Shown here in pieces: positions 35,498 through 48,975 of a stretch of 64,000 nucleotides of DNA. The notes under the pieces were generated by a model. That model did no database searches. It had not been told where the DNA came from and saw only the letters and a list, made by a program, of their open reading frames with translations. The first letter of the stretch is position 1. Each line of letters opens with the position of its first letter. Position numbers and translations under genes: made by a program. Source of the stretch: Laetmonice hystrix (taxonomy: Eukaryota); NCBI GenBank assembly GCA_965235115.1, contig OZ249440.1, forward strand, positions 14,694,001-14,758,000. Direction: 5' to 3'.

Positions 35498-37027
35498 ATG
35501 GTTGATTTAAACCTTTCTGGTGCCTACACTTGGCGCTGGAACGAAACTCGCATCGGGCTGGCACTTTTCGAAGGCTTGCAATATGGAAACGTGACAGGAA
35601 ACTCCGGCAGAAATATCGCCGTCGGTGTCATTCTGAGCACGATTGTTTTTGGGGCAATACTGGGCAATGTTCTTGTAGTTTTGAGTGTTTGCACAAACAA
35701 AAGACTAAGAACCGTAACAAACTTTTACGTAGTTTCACTGGCCCTGTCCGACTTGTGTGTCGCACTCCTCGTCATGCCAATCGCCATCGTCGTGGAAGTA
35801 ACCGGAAAATGGTATTTCGGTTACGTCATCTGTGAGCTCTGGGTGTCGTGTGACGTCATGTTATGCACGGCCAGCATCTTGAATCTTTGCTGTATAAGTC
35901 TTGATCGTTACTTTGCCATAACAAAACCGCTCGTGTACGCTACAAAGAGGAGCAAGAGACTGGCGCTCTACATGATTGCTGTCGTCTGGGTCTCTGCTGT
36001 CGCCATTACGTGCCCGCCAATATTCGGATGGAGAGAAGAAAACAGACGAATGGATGACGAGTGTCACCTGACCAAGGCTCCAGGCTATATTATCTACTCC
36101 TCGCTTGGCTCCTTCTATGTGCCCTTACTCGTCATGATTTTCGTTTACATACGGATCTTTATTGTGACATGTCGACGGGAAAGGCAATTCCGGCCTCATT
36201 ACCAGCACAGAACTACGAGGTCAAATGACCCCAGCCAAATCAGCAGTCTCTCTATTAGCAATACAAGAAATGATTTAGACCGATCTGAGAATAGCACAAT
36301 GGAAACGCCATGTGCTAGCAAAGAGCGTCTCGAAATGAGTGAGATCATGAAAAGCGGCTCTTCGCATGTTGTCTTTGCAGGGATGGTCCATGCTGACAAA
36401 GAGTCAGTGACGGGGGAAGACTTGCTTCTCGATGTGAACCCCAACAGGAAAAAGACAGTTGGTGATGCCTGCTCAAAACGACACAAAGCCCGGGGAAGAG
36501 ACGGACACTCAAGTCGGAACAAATCTCCTGCCAGTATAGTGCATGCAAACAGGAACGCCTTTCTCAGCGACCATCAACACTTGGCGAACAACGTCGGCGA
36601 TTCGAGTCCGAAGAAGTTAAGTCATGCGAATTCTTTGCGTCACAATCAAAGACTCTTCAGGCAGTGCTCTTCAAACAGCATGGGTCGGCACTCGTCTAAA
36701 AAATACGGATCGTACGCGGTCAACTCCAAGTCGGAGCGTTTCCTGTTGCTGAAGGAACACAAAGCTGCCAAAACGTTGGCAGTTGTCGTCGGCGGCTTCA
36801 TCGCCTGTTGGCTGCCATTTTTTCTCATGTATCTCATTGAACCATTTTGCACATCATGTAACATCAACCCCATCATGGCGACCTTCTTTGTGTGGCTTGG
36901 ATACTTCAATTCCGTCATCAATCCGTTCATCTATGCCCTATACAATAACGACTTTCGCCAGTCATTCTGGTCGCTTACCATAGGATTTATCTACACCAGT
37001 AAGTGTGTCTCACAAAGGAACACATAG
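35498..37027 (+). CDS. Intronless class A biogenic-amine GPCR, tyramine (type 2)/octopamine-receptor-like, 509 aa
   Basis: Seven hydrophobic segments: GNVLV (TM1), SLALSDL (TM2), amine-binding Asp in CDVMLCTASILNLC plus DRY (TM3), TM5 YSSLGSFYVP, a long i3 loop, KAAKTL..CWLPFF (TM6) and WLGYFNSVINPFIY (TM7). The i2/TM4 string KRSKRLALYMI..VW..AITCPP recalls Drosophila TyrR-type receptors (from memory, not a search). Confidence 0.9.
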   Translation: MVDLNLSGAYTWRWNETRIGLALFEGLQYGNVTGNSGRNIAVGVILSTIVFGAILGNVLVVLSVCTNKRLRTVTNFYVVSLALSDLCVALLVMPIAIVVEVTGKWYFGYVICELWVSCDVMLCTASILNLCCISLDRYFAITKPLVYATKRSKRLALYMIAVVWVSAVAITCPPIFGWREENRRMDDECHLTKAPGYIIYSSLGSFYVPLLVMIFVYIRIFIVTCRRERQFRPHYQHRTTRSNDPSQISSLSISNTRNDLDRSENSTMETPCASKERLEMSEIMKSGSSHVVFAGMVHADKESVTGEDLLLDVNPNRKKTVGDACSKRHKARGRDGHSSRNKSPASIVHANRNAFLSDHQHLANNVGDSSPKKLSHANSLRHNQRLFRQCSSNSMGRHSSKKYGSYAVNSKSERFLLLKEHKAAKTLAVVVGGFIACWLPFFLMYLIEPFCTSCNINPIMATFFVWLGYFNSVINPFIYALYNNDFRQSFWSLTIGFIYTSKCVSQRNT

Positions 37028-40000
37028 TGCGAACGGTCAAGTCGACTGCGCCACAGGAAGATCAAAACTTTAATGTCTAGGCTTAAAGGAAAAATGGTTC
37101 CAAATTGCTCAAAGTGGGTTTGAATTATTTTTTGTAATGCATCATGTGACTATGGCTGCCTTCATGCATGATTTTGCCGGAGTGTCAAACATTCCGCCCG
37201 CAAACCATAGCTCTTGTCCGTGATTGTTTACAAGGGATGGTTCTCAGCTAAATAAACATTTACAGTCCCCCAAGATGGTGGTCAAAGCGATTGAGGACAA
37301 CCCTACGTACATTTGTATTGCTCTTGTTCGAAACCTGTTTCGCAGGACTTGGACCCGTTCGTAATATATTACTTTTTTCAGGGCATTATGTAACCTGTAG
37401 CGGCGTCAGCGTGAGATGTATCATCTTTACGAACAAATAGACGATGTATGTGAAAAACAGGTAATAAATACATAACTACTACTGTTACACCGGGCTGCCT
37501 CGATTTATATTATGTGCTGCAGAAGACAAAATCACAACAGCCAATTTACGATTCTTCCTATCTGAAAGCACAAGGGTACCGAACAATTCTAAATGACGAT
37601 GATCGTTTTTATTCACTGTGTAATAACCAAATGGGAAACGGTGGTCACCATTTCCTCTGCTATAGAAAATGTAACTTTGGTTACTGCATGCGAAAACATA
37701 AGAATGCATACATGTCTCCCCTTTGATATGAATAAGGTGGGAAGGAATCTGAGGAAGAGTTAGGCTGTGGCAGCTAGCTTGAAAAAAAGATGCGTTTGTT
37801 AGATCCATAGTCCATGGTTTCCTCTTATAGTCAGGTCTCGATTAGAATGGAAACAAAAGAACTGGATTGAAATGTGTTTTTAGAATGACAGGTTTCTTCT
37901 TTTTAGAATTGTGTAGGAACTATATTTATTATTAAAAACTCGATAGATTGTGGATGTATACATGGGCTAATTTAGCATGCATGTATACATTCCTGAAGCC
38001 ACAAGTCATTTCGATTTCCACCAAAGTACATGACATATACCGTGTCACACGACGTTTCATACATAGCTTCAGCAGCAATAAAGCACAATGCGGTATTATT
38101 ATTAAACAGTTGAAACAGAATAGCAGTTGGTGCCGATCAAGATTTGTCCGTTACGTTTACCGGTGTGATATGGAAGATGTACCCCTTTGAATATGGACCA
38201 GAGGGTCTATTTTCAGTGGGATCCGTTTTCAATCTCACACCGTCACCTTTACTATATTCCCAGTCAGATTGCTTCGAGACACATTATCTTTCCCTCCAGT
38301 AATTTTTCAAAAAATGTTGCGCAGCTGGATAGTGTTCAAGACCCAATCATAAATTAATTACAGGGTCTCCTTAAACGGATAAAGTCAAACGTGGTCCAAG
38401 ATTCTGACTAGGCTTGGTTCTTTTGAACAGGTGGTGCAATAATGTCCCTGTAATCATGCAGACTTTACATACGATCGCTGTCTTAACTTTGCGTGACTTG
38501 CCTCGATCTATGCCATGCAAAGGAAAATATAAAGATAATGGAGGTTTTAAAATAAATGTCCAACATCGGCCCAGTGGCCCATTCTCCTTCCTATGTATAA
38601 CATGGCGTTCCGAAGATGCATTGGTGCATTTAAATACGTGTTCATCGTAAGAAATTGCTGTTCCTTCAAAGAACAAAGCCCGGACAGTGAGCTGACCTCA
38701 GCCCCTGGATAGATGACCACTATAAGTTAACGTAATCCCCTACCCTCTATAGCACATTAATCATGTCGTGTGGTCCACGGCATTGATCGAGTTCTTGGAG
38801 CCTTCTAATCAAATGTTGTCCGAATCAATACAGGCCTGATGCTTACAGAGCGTGGTGGGGTCAACATAAGGTGACCTTTCTCTAATTTCCTTTCTCCTGA
38901 CAGGATAACGTCGTTATTTTCTGCCGAACATTGTCTTCGAACACAGCTTCCGTCTTCCGTCTATAGAAGAAGGAAGAATACCCACAAGCTCATAGAGCAT
39001 AACTCCCCTTCCTCGTTTCTTTTCCTTTTTTTCAAAATTGACGGGTGGTTCAACCCTCCCCCCCCCCCTTGCGATGGTTCCGACTGATATTGATAGTTTG
39101 ATTTGAAATTAAGAATATAGGAGACTGTTTGGTAATCGAATTATGAGAAATTCTTCCACGCTGGGTTGTGTAACTACATCAACCTGATGAGCTCGAGTCG
39201 CTCTAAATTAAATTTTCCATATGAAATATATATTGCCTGATTTATAATAATTAAAAATCGTTTTTATACTGCAATGATAAAATTACTACCATCCATAGCA
39301 ATAAGTTAGTAAACTATGTGTCGACATCGAAAATTCATCAAATTTATGCATGGGTCGTAAAATTTCCGTTTCGTATAGATTAAATGCCTTTCAATTATAT
39401 TTCTACTGAAGCCAGGATTTCTGTATCTCTTGAACTACGATACCTGAATTAACTTCAACATATCATCGCTGCTAAACTACATTATCGATGTACACTCTAG
39501 TGCGTCACAAGAGCTTCAGTAAAGATGATAAGTTTAAGATATAATTCCCCAATACTATATTATTAGACATTGTCACGTGAGGGGGCACTAGATTTTAACA
39601 AAATCCCAAGTAGGCGCTGAGGCTGACCCGGTTGAAAAACACTGATATCCACGTGTTCCTACTGTGACACTATTATAGGCTAGTTTATTTGAGAGCGGGT
39701 GTGGCCTAGGACAGAAGCAATCTTGTGTTATTGACCAGTTAGTCGGTAACAATATAATTGTTGCCTTATTCGATAAAATAGAATTACGCCCCTTGTGGAG
39801 GTTTCTGACCTCAGCATGTCCCATGAACGCGCTTACATTAGTTATTGATTCCTTATGGTGAAGTAAACATTAACCTTTCGCATTTCATTCTAGAACATGG
39901 AACTGCATGATTTGTTTCAAATTTTGTTTGGGTATGCAGTGCTCGATAAGTGCGTCCACAAACAAATGGTCCTTCCTTTCAACAACTCTCCAATATTTCC

Positions 40001-43000
40001 ACACACAAAAATAGTGTCGATGGAACTCAATGTAAGCAGCTCTTTTGTCCAAACGGAGCTTTGGATCCTAAAGCCTCAATCTCTCACAAATGCCACAGGT
40101 ATAGCGGGGGAGGAGGGGTTAACGCGGCCCGTGTATTGTTCTGCGGTTCCTCTCCTAGAAACCCCTGGGTGGGCCTAAGGTCCTCGGTGAAAGCATCCCC
40201 CCTCAAAAAAAAGGAAAATGGAGCAAAACGCCGTGATGTCTTACTGGTGTTAACAGACGTGTTTTATTTTAAGTCTCATTAATTCCAATCATGACAATTA
40301 TCGTTCAAAATGATGAATGTTAGCATCATAATCTTTGCCGTCATTAGAACGGTTATTTGCTTCCTTTGTCGGTATAACAGAGACTGATTCGGAAACCCAT
40401 GTATTTAAAAAAGCAAGCTCTCAGTAATTACTTTCCCATTATTGAGTGTACGCGATATGAAACTACAAAGGGAAATGTCCCGTTCAATATTCCTACTGTC
40501 ACTCACTGACGCATCAGTTATTGGGATCTGTTGCTAAGTCCTGCTCGAGATGACGCCTAACTAGACGTTCACAGTGCGTCCGTTGTCACGTCATCAGATC
40601 TGCGCATGCTCTACGGCACGCAGACCGCTTGTCCTAGAACGCCAGCCCATCTTGCTTATTGATTTGGCGATAAGAGATTCATATAGTACCTGATCTCCCC
40701 GATTCCACAATAACGAGATTCCATTCTCCAGTGTATGAATGGTGCTGAATGATACTAACCTCATAAAACCTCATCCAGAAAGCCTTCTTGTACAGTATCA
40801 AATTTCTTTCATCAGTCAATGTAGAATATGCTAGGATAGACACGGCGTCAATACCCGGCCCTAGACGTCCCGTACGTCCGGGCCAACACTGACCCTTTCA
40901 CAAAAGGTCATGCTATTTAACTTCGATACTAAAACAATTACGATCCACTTCTCCAAGTCTCGTCGGCCACGAGAACGTGATTGTAAGCGACATCTATTGG
41001 GCCGGAATCTCACGTCGAGGCCGACACACTCCTATTCTTAATTATCTTACAGTCACAAGATTATACGACTTTTTCCTACTTCTTTTCGTATTTTCACCCT
41101 TTCCCCTAGGCACTATTATGTTGTCAGTGTTCTGTGCATAATGTTATCTGCAGAACAAATCCGTCTACCTACTGGTCCTAGCATACACATAGGCCTATTT
41201 ATTTATGTAGGCCTATACATGCACATTTTACATCAGTATACATCTCTCTGATAAATTACTCCCGGCCATTGACACAAACTGGAGAGACATGTCAACGCTG
41301 GAATGTAGTTATTATATTTAAGTCATTCCCGGGCGCATATATGATATTGATAATACTGCCCAATTTTAAGATTCCTTTCAAGCCACTAGCATCTGAAAGC
41401 ACTTTATCTCGTGCCTGTAATTCGCTGCGACAAGAGTGCCTCGTGCATGGCAGGTAGGCAGTCAACTGGCGAGTTGTTTCATGGAGCTCTATTAGGGTAT
41501 GATTAAATGAGGAAACAATTCTTCTCGATATCAAATCATTCTGTGTTGTGAGTTATGGGATCTGCGGACCCGGAGGGAAGCTCAGGGTGGCCTGCTCCCT
41601 TTCAGAAGAGGAAATCACAAGCAAGGCATAACGGTTATAATTATGTCATTAATCTATAGCCTTTTCATTCTCTGCTATGAAAATACTCATTATGGCCAAA
41701 CACTGCCGGTATGTTCGTCTGCTTCGTCAAGGCAGGCGGATTATTCCAATACAGAAAACAAAATGTGCTCCTAATTTGGCCAATGAGGATCTCAGTTTAA
41801 GAGCCGGGCGTTTCTTGGTCAGCGGACATGACCTTTGTGGCGCAAACGTCAACCGCCGCTAGGAACTCGCCGTCTCAGGACTTTCTACTGTCGGTGAAAT
41901 AGACTCAAAGGGTCGTTCTTAGAAATGTCAATACCTTCTGTACCTTCTGTTTGGTTTTGTGACAACAAACGAGAACCCGTGGTCAGTAAATTGGTTAATA
42001 CAGAGTTTGAATTCCAATCCTGATATTGCGCAGTTACATTGTACGAGACGCATTACAAAGGTGTACTATACAGTTAGCCTAAAGTCAACGTTATCCAAAC
42101 AGAAGCAAGGAAAAGGAATGCACATAGAGCAACGAATATACCTTAATCCCCCACTTACCTATTCCCTATTCCCTAGCGCATGACATTTCAAATTTCAAAC
42201 AGCTCAGCATGTTCTGTTCAAAATATGACAGATACACGACCTGTTTTGATAGGGCTGTTCTGTTATCGGTTGTTACCCCCGATCAATGGAGTAGTACCTT
42301 TTCGGACTTATACAATTTTTCGGTCACTTCGGAAATAGGACAGGTAAGTGGGGGATTAAGGTTAATTGCTGTCACTGTAGTGCTTACTCTAATAACGAAC
42401 CGTGATCGTAATTGGAAAGTGATAGGATAGAGCATTCAACTATGGAATGACTTCTTCAAAGGTATAGTTCAAAGGACGGGAGAACTGGTGGCGCGTCTAT
42501 CTGTTATCGTCGTTATTTCACGAGATTCGGCGCCATTAAGTAGGCCTAGTTCATGTGATTCTTTACAAAAACAAAGATGAAAAAGTAGAATGATACAACA
42601 ATGTTATGACCCCCATTTCAAAATTGCGAACGGATTAAAATTTGATGAATGGCTCCCAACAATCGACTAATGGTTTGAAACAAAACGAGCCGGTAATCCT
42701 GAAGGCAGGGCGGGCACTATTTAATGTAACTTTCATTGAAAACAAGTGGTATGAGTGCGCGCCTGTCTGCATAGAATAACGCTTTCTATTATAACACTTA
42801 ATTTTAGAGGATGGAAAAATCTATATTCTTCTATCCAGATAATACATATCAGTACATCATGAAATACAAGTTGCATGCATTAAACCATCCTTTGTACTAT
42901 AGAACAGCCGAGGACTTCGAAAGTAAGACTCTAGCTAAACAGAATAATAGGGAGACATTGTTGGGAGATTCCAAACCATACTACAAACACTAAACAAGAC

Positions 43001-43497
43001 AGTCATTAAAGAAACGACAGTTTCTGGAGCGGATGTAAAGCGCCCAAAACAAAATCAATAGTAAGCTGAACAAGGCGGGGAACCGAAACATGGAGAGGAC
43101 AAAGGCTTGCAATTCATTCCTGATGGAATGAAAAAGGCGAATTAGCATCGTGAAATCAGAGGCTACTATACGATGCAAGTAGACCTTTAAGAGAGCGAAA
43201 CATACTTCACTCTTACAGACTAGAAAGGTAGGGACGCGAAAATCTTATCAGGCGGCAGCAGGTCCAGAGAAGCAGATTTAATTAAACGTCCCCTTACAAA
43301 CAAGATCTACTTATCTGGGACGTGAAAACATTAGGTTCCCGACACCTTTTTACTTCATGGCGACGCCGTCAGCTGACCGAACCGACTTGAGAACAGTGTA
43401 TCAGGCAATATCTCCTGATATTGCCTGATGGAAAACCGAATGGTGTTGCGGTACCTGAGTCCAAGTAAAGCCAGTGATGGACTTCCCTGGATTAAAT

Positions 43498-43545
43498 ATC
43501 TATCTATCTCCCCATCTCCCCATCTATCTATCTATCTATCTATCT

Positions 43546-43600
<55 letters not shown>
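43498..43600. repeat. Compound (CTAT)n/(CT)n microsatellite
   Basis: Directly visible. Confidence 0.95.
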
Positions 43601-43604
<4 letters not shown>

Positions 43605-44452
43605 CGCATTACGTGTATGATGTGTGAAATGTGGCCTTTTGCACTGCCAGTTTGGACCCAATCCATGCAAAAAAACACATGCTTTCTCCAACGAATGAAG
43701 CCACTGAGACTCTAAGGTACCTATGGGAGCATTCAGTCAAAACCGTTTCGGGAAAACGCTCTTAACGACTCCAATACCTTTCCATGGCAGATACAAACTA
43801 GACGCCATGTGGCAGGGGCCACATGAGATCCCATCCCCTCTAGGAAGGATAGGCCTGCATATTTACATAGCCTATGTAGCAAGGCCCTTTTTATGTCATT
43901 TGCTATGTATCCTTTCTTTTCCTTTTAAGAAGTAGGGCTTTATCTTGCATCGTTTCTGAGTTATGAGCCTTAGAAGATGGCAATGACATCATTATGGCAA
44001 TGACATCATTATGACGTCATATGTCCCATTACTGACTCTATCTTCCACCAGTTACAAGTTATAACCCTGAGAAAATATAGATAGCACCATTATGACGTCA
44101 TAGTTCACGTGACCTGAATTATAGTGGTGTCAAACGAAAGAGAATGTATGATTTCCTATTAGTGTTTAATTAATAGTAACTATGGCTCTAACTTGAACCA
44201 TTTACAAGTTATAGCCCTGAGAAAATATCGACGACATCATTATGACATCATCGCTCACGTGACCTAAAATAATATTGTGCGAAATGAAAGAGCATATATA
44301 TGACTTCCTATTTGACATCAATAGCAGCTATGCCTCTAAATTCAACCATTTACCATTTATAGTCCTGAGATAATATTGAAATCTTTATGCCGTCATAGGT
44401 CATGTGACCTAAAAAATAATCGTGTCAAACCAAAGATGTATGACTTCCTCAT

Positions 44453-47400
44453 AAACCCAATGGTCAAAACCAAACATTGATATCTTTAACCGTTTTCGAG
44501 ATATCACTGATTTTTGGTTGAAAATGACCCAATAGGGCCAACTTTGAGGGGCCATAACATGGAAACTACTGAATTTAGGGGAGCCATCTCGGAGTCAGAG
44601 ACAGTTGAACTATTATGCAATCGAATGGTGCTGAAATCGGAAATTAGGTCAACTTGGCCGCCATCTTAGGTTTTTCAAATTCGGGGAAAATGGGTCATGT
44701 TTTTCATCCTAAACCCTATGGTGCAAACCAGACATTGATATCTTTAACCGTTTTCGAGATATCACTGATTTTTGGTTGAAAATGACCCAAAAGGGCCAAC
44801 TTTGAGGGCCCATAACATGGAAACTACTGAATTTAAGGGAGCCATCTCGGAGTCAGAGACAGTTGACGTATTACCCAATTCAATGATGCAGAAATCGGAA
44901 ATTAGGTCAACTTGGCCGCCATCTTGGATTTTTCAAATTCGGGGAAAATGGGTCAAGTTTTTCATCCTAAACCCAATGGTGAAAACCAGACATTGATATC
45001 TTTAACCGTTTTCGAGATATCACTGATTTCTGGTTGAAAATGACCTAAAAGGGCCAACTTTGAGGGGCCATAACATGGAAACTACTGAATTTAGGGGAGC
45101 CATCTCGGAGTCAGAGACAGTTGACCTATTATGGAATCCAATGGTGATGAAATCGGAAATTAGGTCAACTTGGCCGCCATCTTGGATTTTTCAAATTCAG
45201 GGAAAATGGGTCATGTTTTTCATCCTAAACCCTATGGTGCAAACCAGACATTAGAGAGGTTCTGCTATCCCGGTTCCGTCTCCGGCTCCGGCTTAGCACA
45301 GCATCGCGTCATCAGAAAATACCGTGACGTCATCGAGACGCGCGTATTTGAAGCTGAGCCGTTCCCGGGTCCCGAGACAGATCGGCTCTGTCCCGTAAGT
45401 GTCTAACGGCGTAGGGTTTTCCTCGATTTCTTCTTTCCATGAGTTGATACAATGGATTTGAAGTGTCAAGTAGTTGGATTAATATTTGAAGACTTTAGTG
45501 AATCGGCTGTCAGCACAATTATCTCGTGGTATTTTCAACTATTTTGGTCATAAAGTGATGTGCTATTTTGCATTCACTGCAGCTAGGCCGTGTCATCGCA
45601 TGGCGATCGCAGGGCGACACAATGTTAAAGGATAGGACCCAGATAGGGGTTCAAATTACCATCGACAGAAATGTAATTACTGAACCGATTCTTATGAAAT
45701 TTGCAATATCGACTAAAAACATGTGTCTCTCTATTCTCTGAAAGTTTGGTGAAAGCTAGGTTGTAAAGTTTTCGAGGTATGCGGCCATGTTCGCGGGTTT
45801 TTTTTCCCGACCGCCATTATGACGGCGATTCGAGATGCGTGGTCCACCGGCCAGAATGGTAGACCTGAGTTTAAAAAAAATTGACTTCCTATTACGCGGC
45901 GGCGCCGGCGTAGCAGAACCAAAATACGATCCCGGAGCCGGAGACGGAACGGGATAGCAGAACCTGTCTATCGATATCCTTAGCCGTTTTCGAGATATCA
46001 CTGATTTTTGGTTGAAAATGACCTAAAAGGGCCAACTTTGAGGGGCCATAAAATGAAAACTACTGAATCTAGGGGGGCCATCTCGGAGTCAGAGACAGTT
46101 GACCTATTATGCAATCCAATGGTGCTGAAATCGGAAATTAGGTCAACTTGGCCGCCATCTTGGATTTTTCAAATTCGGGGAAAATGGGTCATGTTTTTCA
46201 TCCTAAACCTAATGGTGCAAATCAGACATTGATATCTTTAGCCGTTTTCGAGATATCACTGATTTTTGGTTGAAAATGACCTAAAAGGGCCAACTTTGAG
46301 GGGCCATAACATGAAAACTACTGAATTTAGGGGGGCCATCTCGGAGTCAGAGACAGTTGACCTATTATGCAATCCAATGGTGCTGAAATCGGAAATTAGG
46401 TCAACTTGGCCGCCATCTTGGATTTTTCAAATTCGGTGGAAATGGGTCAAGGTTTTCATCCTAAACCTAATGGTGAAAACCAGACATTGATATCTTTAAC
46501 CGTTTTCGAGATATCACTGATTTTTAGTTGAAAATGACCCAAAAGGGCCAACTTTGAGGGCCCATAACATAGAAACTACTGAATTTAGGGGAGCCATCTC
46601 GGAGTCAGAGACAGTTGACCTATTACCCAATCCAATGGTGCTGAAATCGGAAATTAGGTCAACTTGGCCGCCATCTTGGATTTTTCAAATTTGGGGAAAA
46701 TGGGTCAAGTTTTTCATCCTAAACCTAATAGTGAAAACCAGACATTGATATCTTTAACGGTTTTCGAGATATCACTGATTTTGGTTGAAAATACCCTAAA
46801 AGGGCCAACTTTGAGGGACCATCACATGGAAACTATTGAATTTAGGGGACCCATGTCAGTGTCAGAGACAGTTGACGTATTACCCAATTCAATGATGCAG
46901 AAATCGGAAATTAGGTCAACTTGGCCGCCATGTTGGATTTTTCAAATTTAGGGGAAAATGGGTCACGTCTTTCATCCTAAACCCAATGGTGAAAACCAGA
47001 CATTGATATCTTTAACCGTTTTCGAGATATCACGGATTTCTGGTTGAAAATGACCCAAAAGGGCCAACTTTGAGGGGCCATAACATGGAAACTACTGAAT
47101 TTAGGGGGGCCATCTCGGAGTCAGAGACAGTTGACCTATTACCCAATCCAATGGTGCTGAAATCGGAAATTAGGTCAACTTGGCCGCCATCTTGGATTTT
47201 TCAAATTTGGGGAAAATGGGTCAAGTTTTTCATCCTAAACCTAATAGTGAAAACCAGACATTGATATCTTTAACGGTTTTCGAGATATCACTGATTTTGG
47301 TTGAAAATACCCTAAAAGGGCCAACTTTGAGGGACCATCACATGGAAACTATTGAATTTAGGGGACCCATGTCAGTGTCAGAGACAGTTGACGTATTACC

Positions 47401-48975
47401 CAATTCAATGATGCAGAAATCGGAAATTAGGTCAACTTGGCCGCCATGTTGGATTTTTCAAATTTAGGGGAAAATGGGTCACGTCTTTCATCCTAAACCC
47501 AATGGTGAAAACCAGACATTGATATCTTTAACCGTTTTCGAGATATTACGGATTTCTGGTTGAAAATGACCCAAAAGGGCCAACTTTGAGGGGCCATAAC
47601 ATGGAAACTACTGAATTTAGGGGGGCCATCTCGGAGTCAGAGACAGTTGACCTATTATGCAATCCAATGGTGCTGAAATCGGAAATTAGGTCAACTTGGC
47701 CGCCATCTTGGATTTTTTAAATTCAGGAAAAATGGGTCAAGTTTTTCATCCTAAACCTAATAGTGAAAACCAGACATTGATATCTTTAACGGTTTTCGAG
47801 ATATCACTGATTTTGGTTGAAAATACCCTAAAAGGGCCAACTTTGAGGGACCATCACATGGAAACTATTGAATTTAGGGGAGCCATGTCAGTGTCAGAGA
47901 CAGTTGACGTATTACCCAATTCAATGATGCAGAAATCGGAAATTAGGTCAACTTGGCCGCCATGTTGGATTTTTCAAATTTTGGGGAAAATGGGTCACGT
48001 CTTTCATCCTAAACCCAATGGTGAAAACCAGACATTGATATCTTTAACCGTTTTCGAGATATCACGGATTTCTGGTTGAAAATGACCCAAAAGGGCCAAC
48101 TTTGAGGGGCCATAACATGGAAACTACTGAATTTAGGGGGGCCATCTCGGAGTCAGAGACAGTTGACCTATTATGCAATCCAATGGTGCTGAAATCGGAA
48201 ATTAGGTCAACTTGGCCGCCATCTTGGATTTTTTAAATTCAGGAAAAATGGGTCATGTTTTTCATCCTAAACCTAATGGTGCAAATCAGACATTGATATC
48301 TTTAGCCGTTTTCGAGATATCACTGATTTTTGGTTGAAAATGACCTAAAAGGGCCAACTTTGAGGGGCCATAACATGGAAACTACTGAATTTAGGGGAGC
48401 CATCTCGGAGTCAGAGACAGTTGACCTATTATGCAATCCAATGGTGCTGAAATCGGAAATTAGGTCAACTTGGCCGCCATCTTGGATTTTTTTAAATTCA
48501 GGAAAAATGGGTCATGTTTTTCATCCTAAACCTAATAGTGAAAACCAGACATTGATATCTTTAACGGTTTTCGAGATATCACTGATTTTTGGTTGAAAAT
48601 GACCTAAAAGGGCCAACTTTGAGGGGCCATAACATGAAAACTACTGAATTTAGGGGGGCCATCTCGGAGTCAGAGACAGTTGACCTATTATGCAATCCAA
48701 TGGTGCTGAAATCGGAAATTAGGTCAACTTGGCCGCCATCTTGGATTTTTCAAATTCGGTGGAAATGGGTCAAGGTTTTCATCCTAAACCTAATGGTGAA
48801 AACCAGACATTGATATTTTTAACCGTTTTCGAGATATCACTGATTTTTAGTTGAAAATGACCCAAAAGGGCCAACTTTGAGGGCCCATAACATAGAAACT
48901 ACTGAATTTAGGGGAGCCATCTCGGAGTCAGAGACAGTTGACCTATTACCCAATCCAATGGTGCTGAAATCGGTC
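44453..48975. repeat. 258-bp satellite, about 15 units, interrupted by a MITE
   Basis: Period measured between ttgaaaatg at 44518 and 44776; variants recur with a 516-bp period (46664, 47180, 47696). Confidence 0.97.
45252..45970. mobile_element. MITE inserted into the 258-bp satellite
   Basis: ~40-bp TIRs tagagaggttctgctatcccggttccgtctccggctccgg / ccggagccggagacggaacgggatagcagaacctgtcta; splits one unit at cagacat|(t/c)gatatc. Confidence 0.85.

Noticed and set aside
35530-36983. Several alternative-frame and antisense ORFs within the GPCR
   Set aside because: Shadows of the real CDS.
39184-39210. ctgatgag possible hammerhead ribozyme core
   Set aside because: No GAAA strand or stems I-III; other CTGATGA hits also fail to fold.
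41257-41305. Kringle-like peptide TQTGETCQRW
   Set aside because: No upstream C-Y...YRG motif, weak splice sites and no further kringle exons; likely chance.
42990-43178. Hydrophobic signal-peptide-like ORF (MFRFPALFSLLLILFWALY)
   Set aside because: Ends after a few residues with no donor site; pyrimidine-rich sequence readily mimics hydrophobic codons.
44772-48813. Many 64-127-aa ORFs (MVENDLKGPTLRG...)
   Set aside because: Each is one satellite unit and stops recur in every unit; not a gene family.
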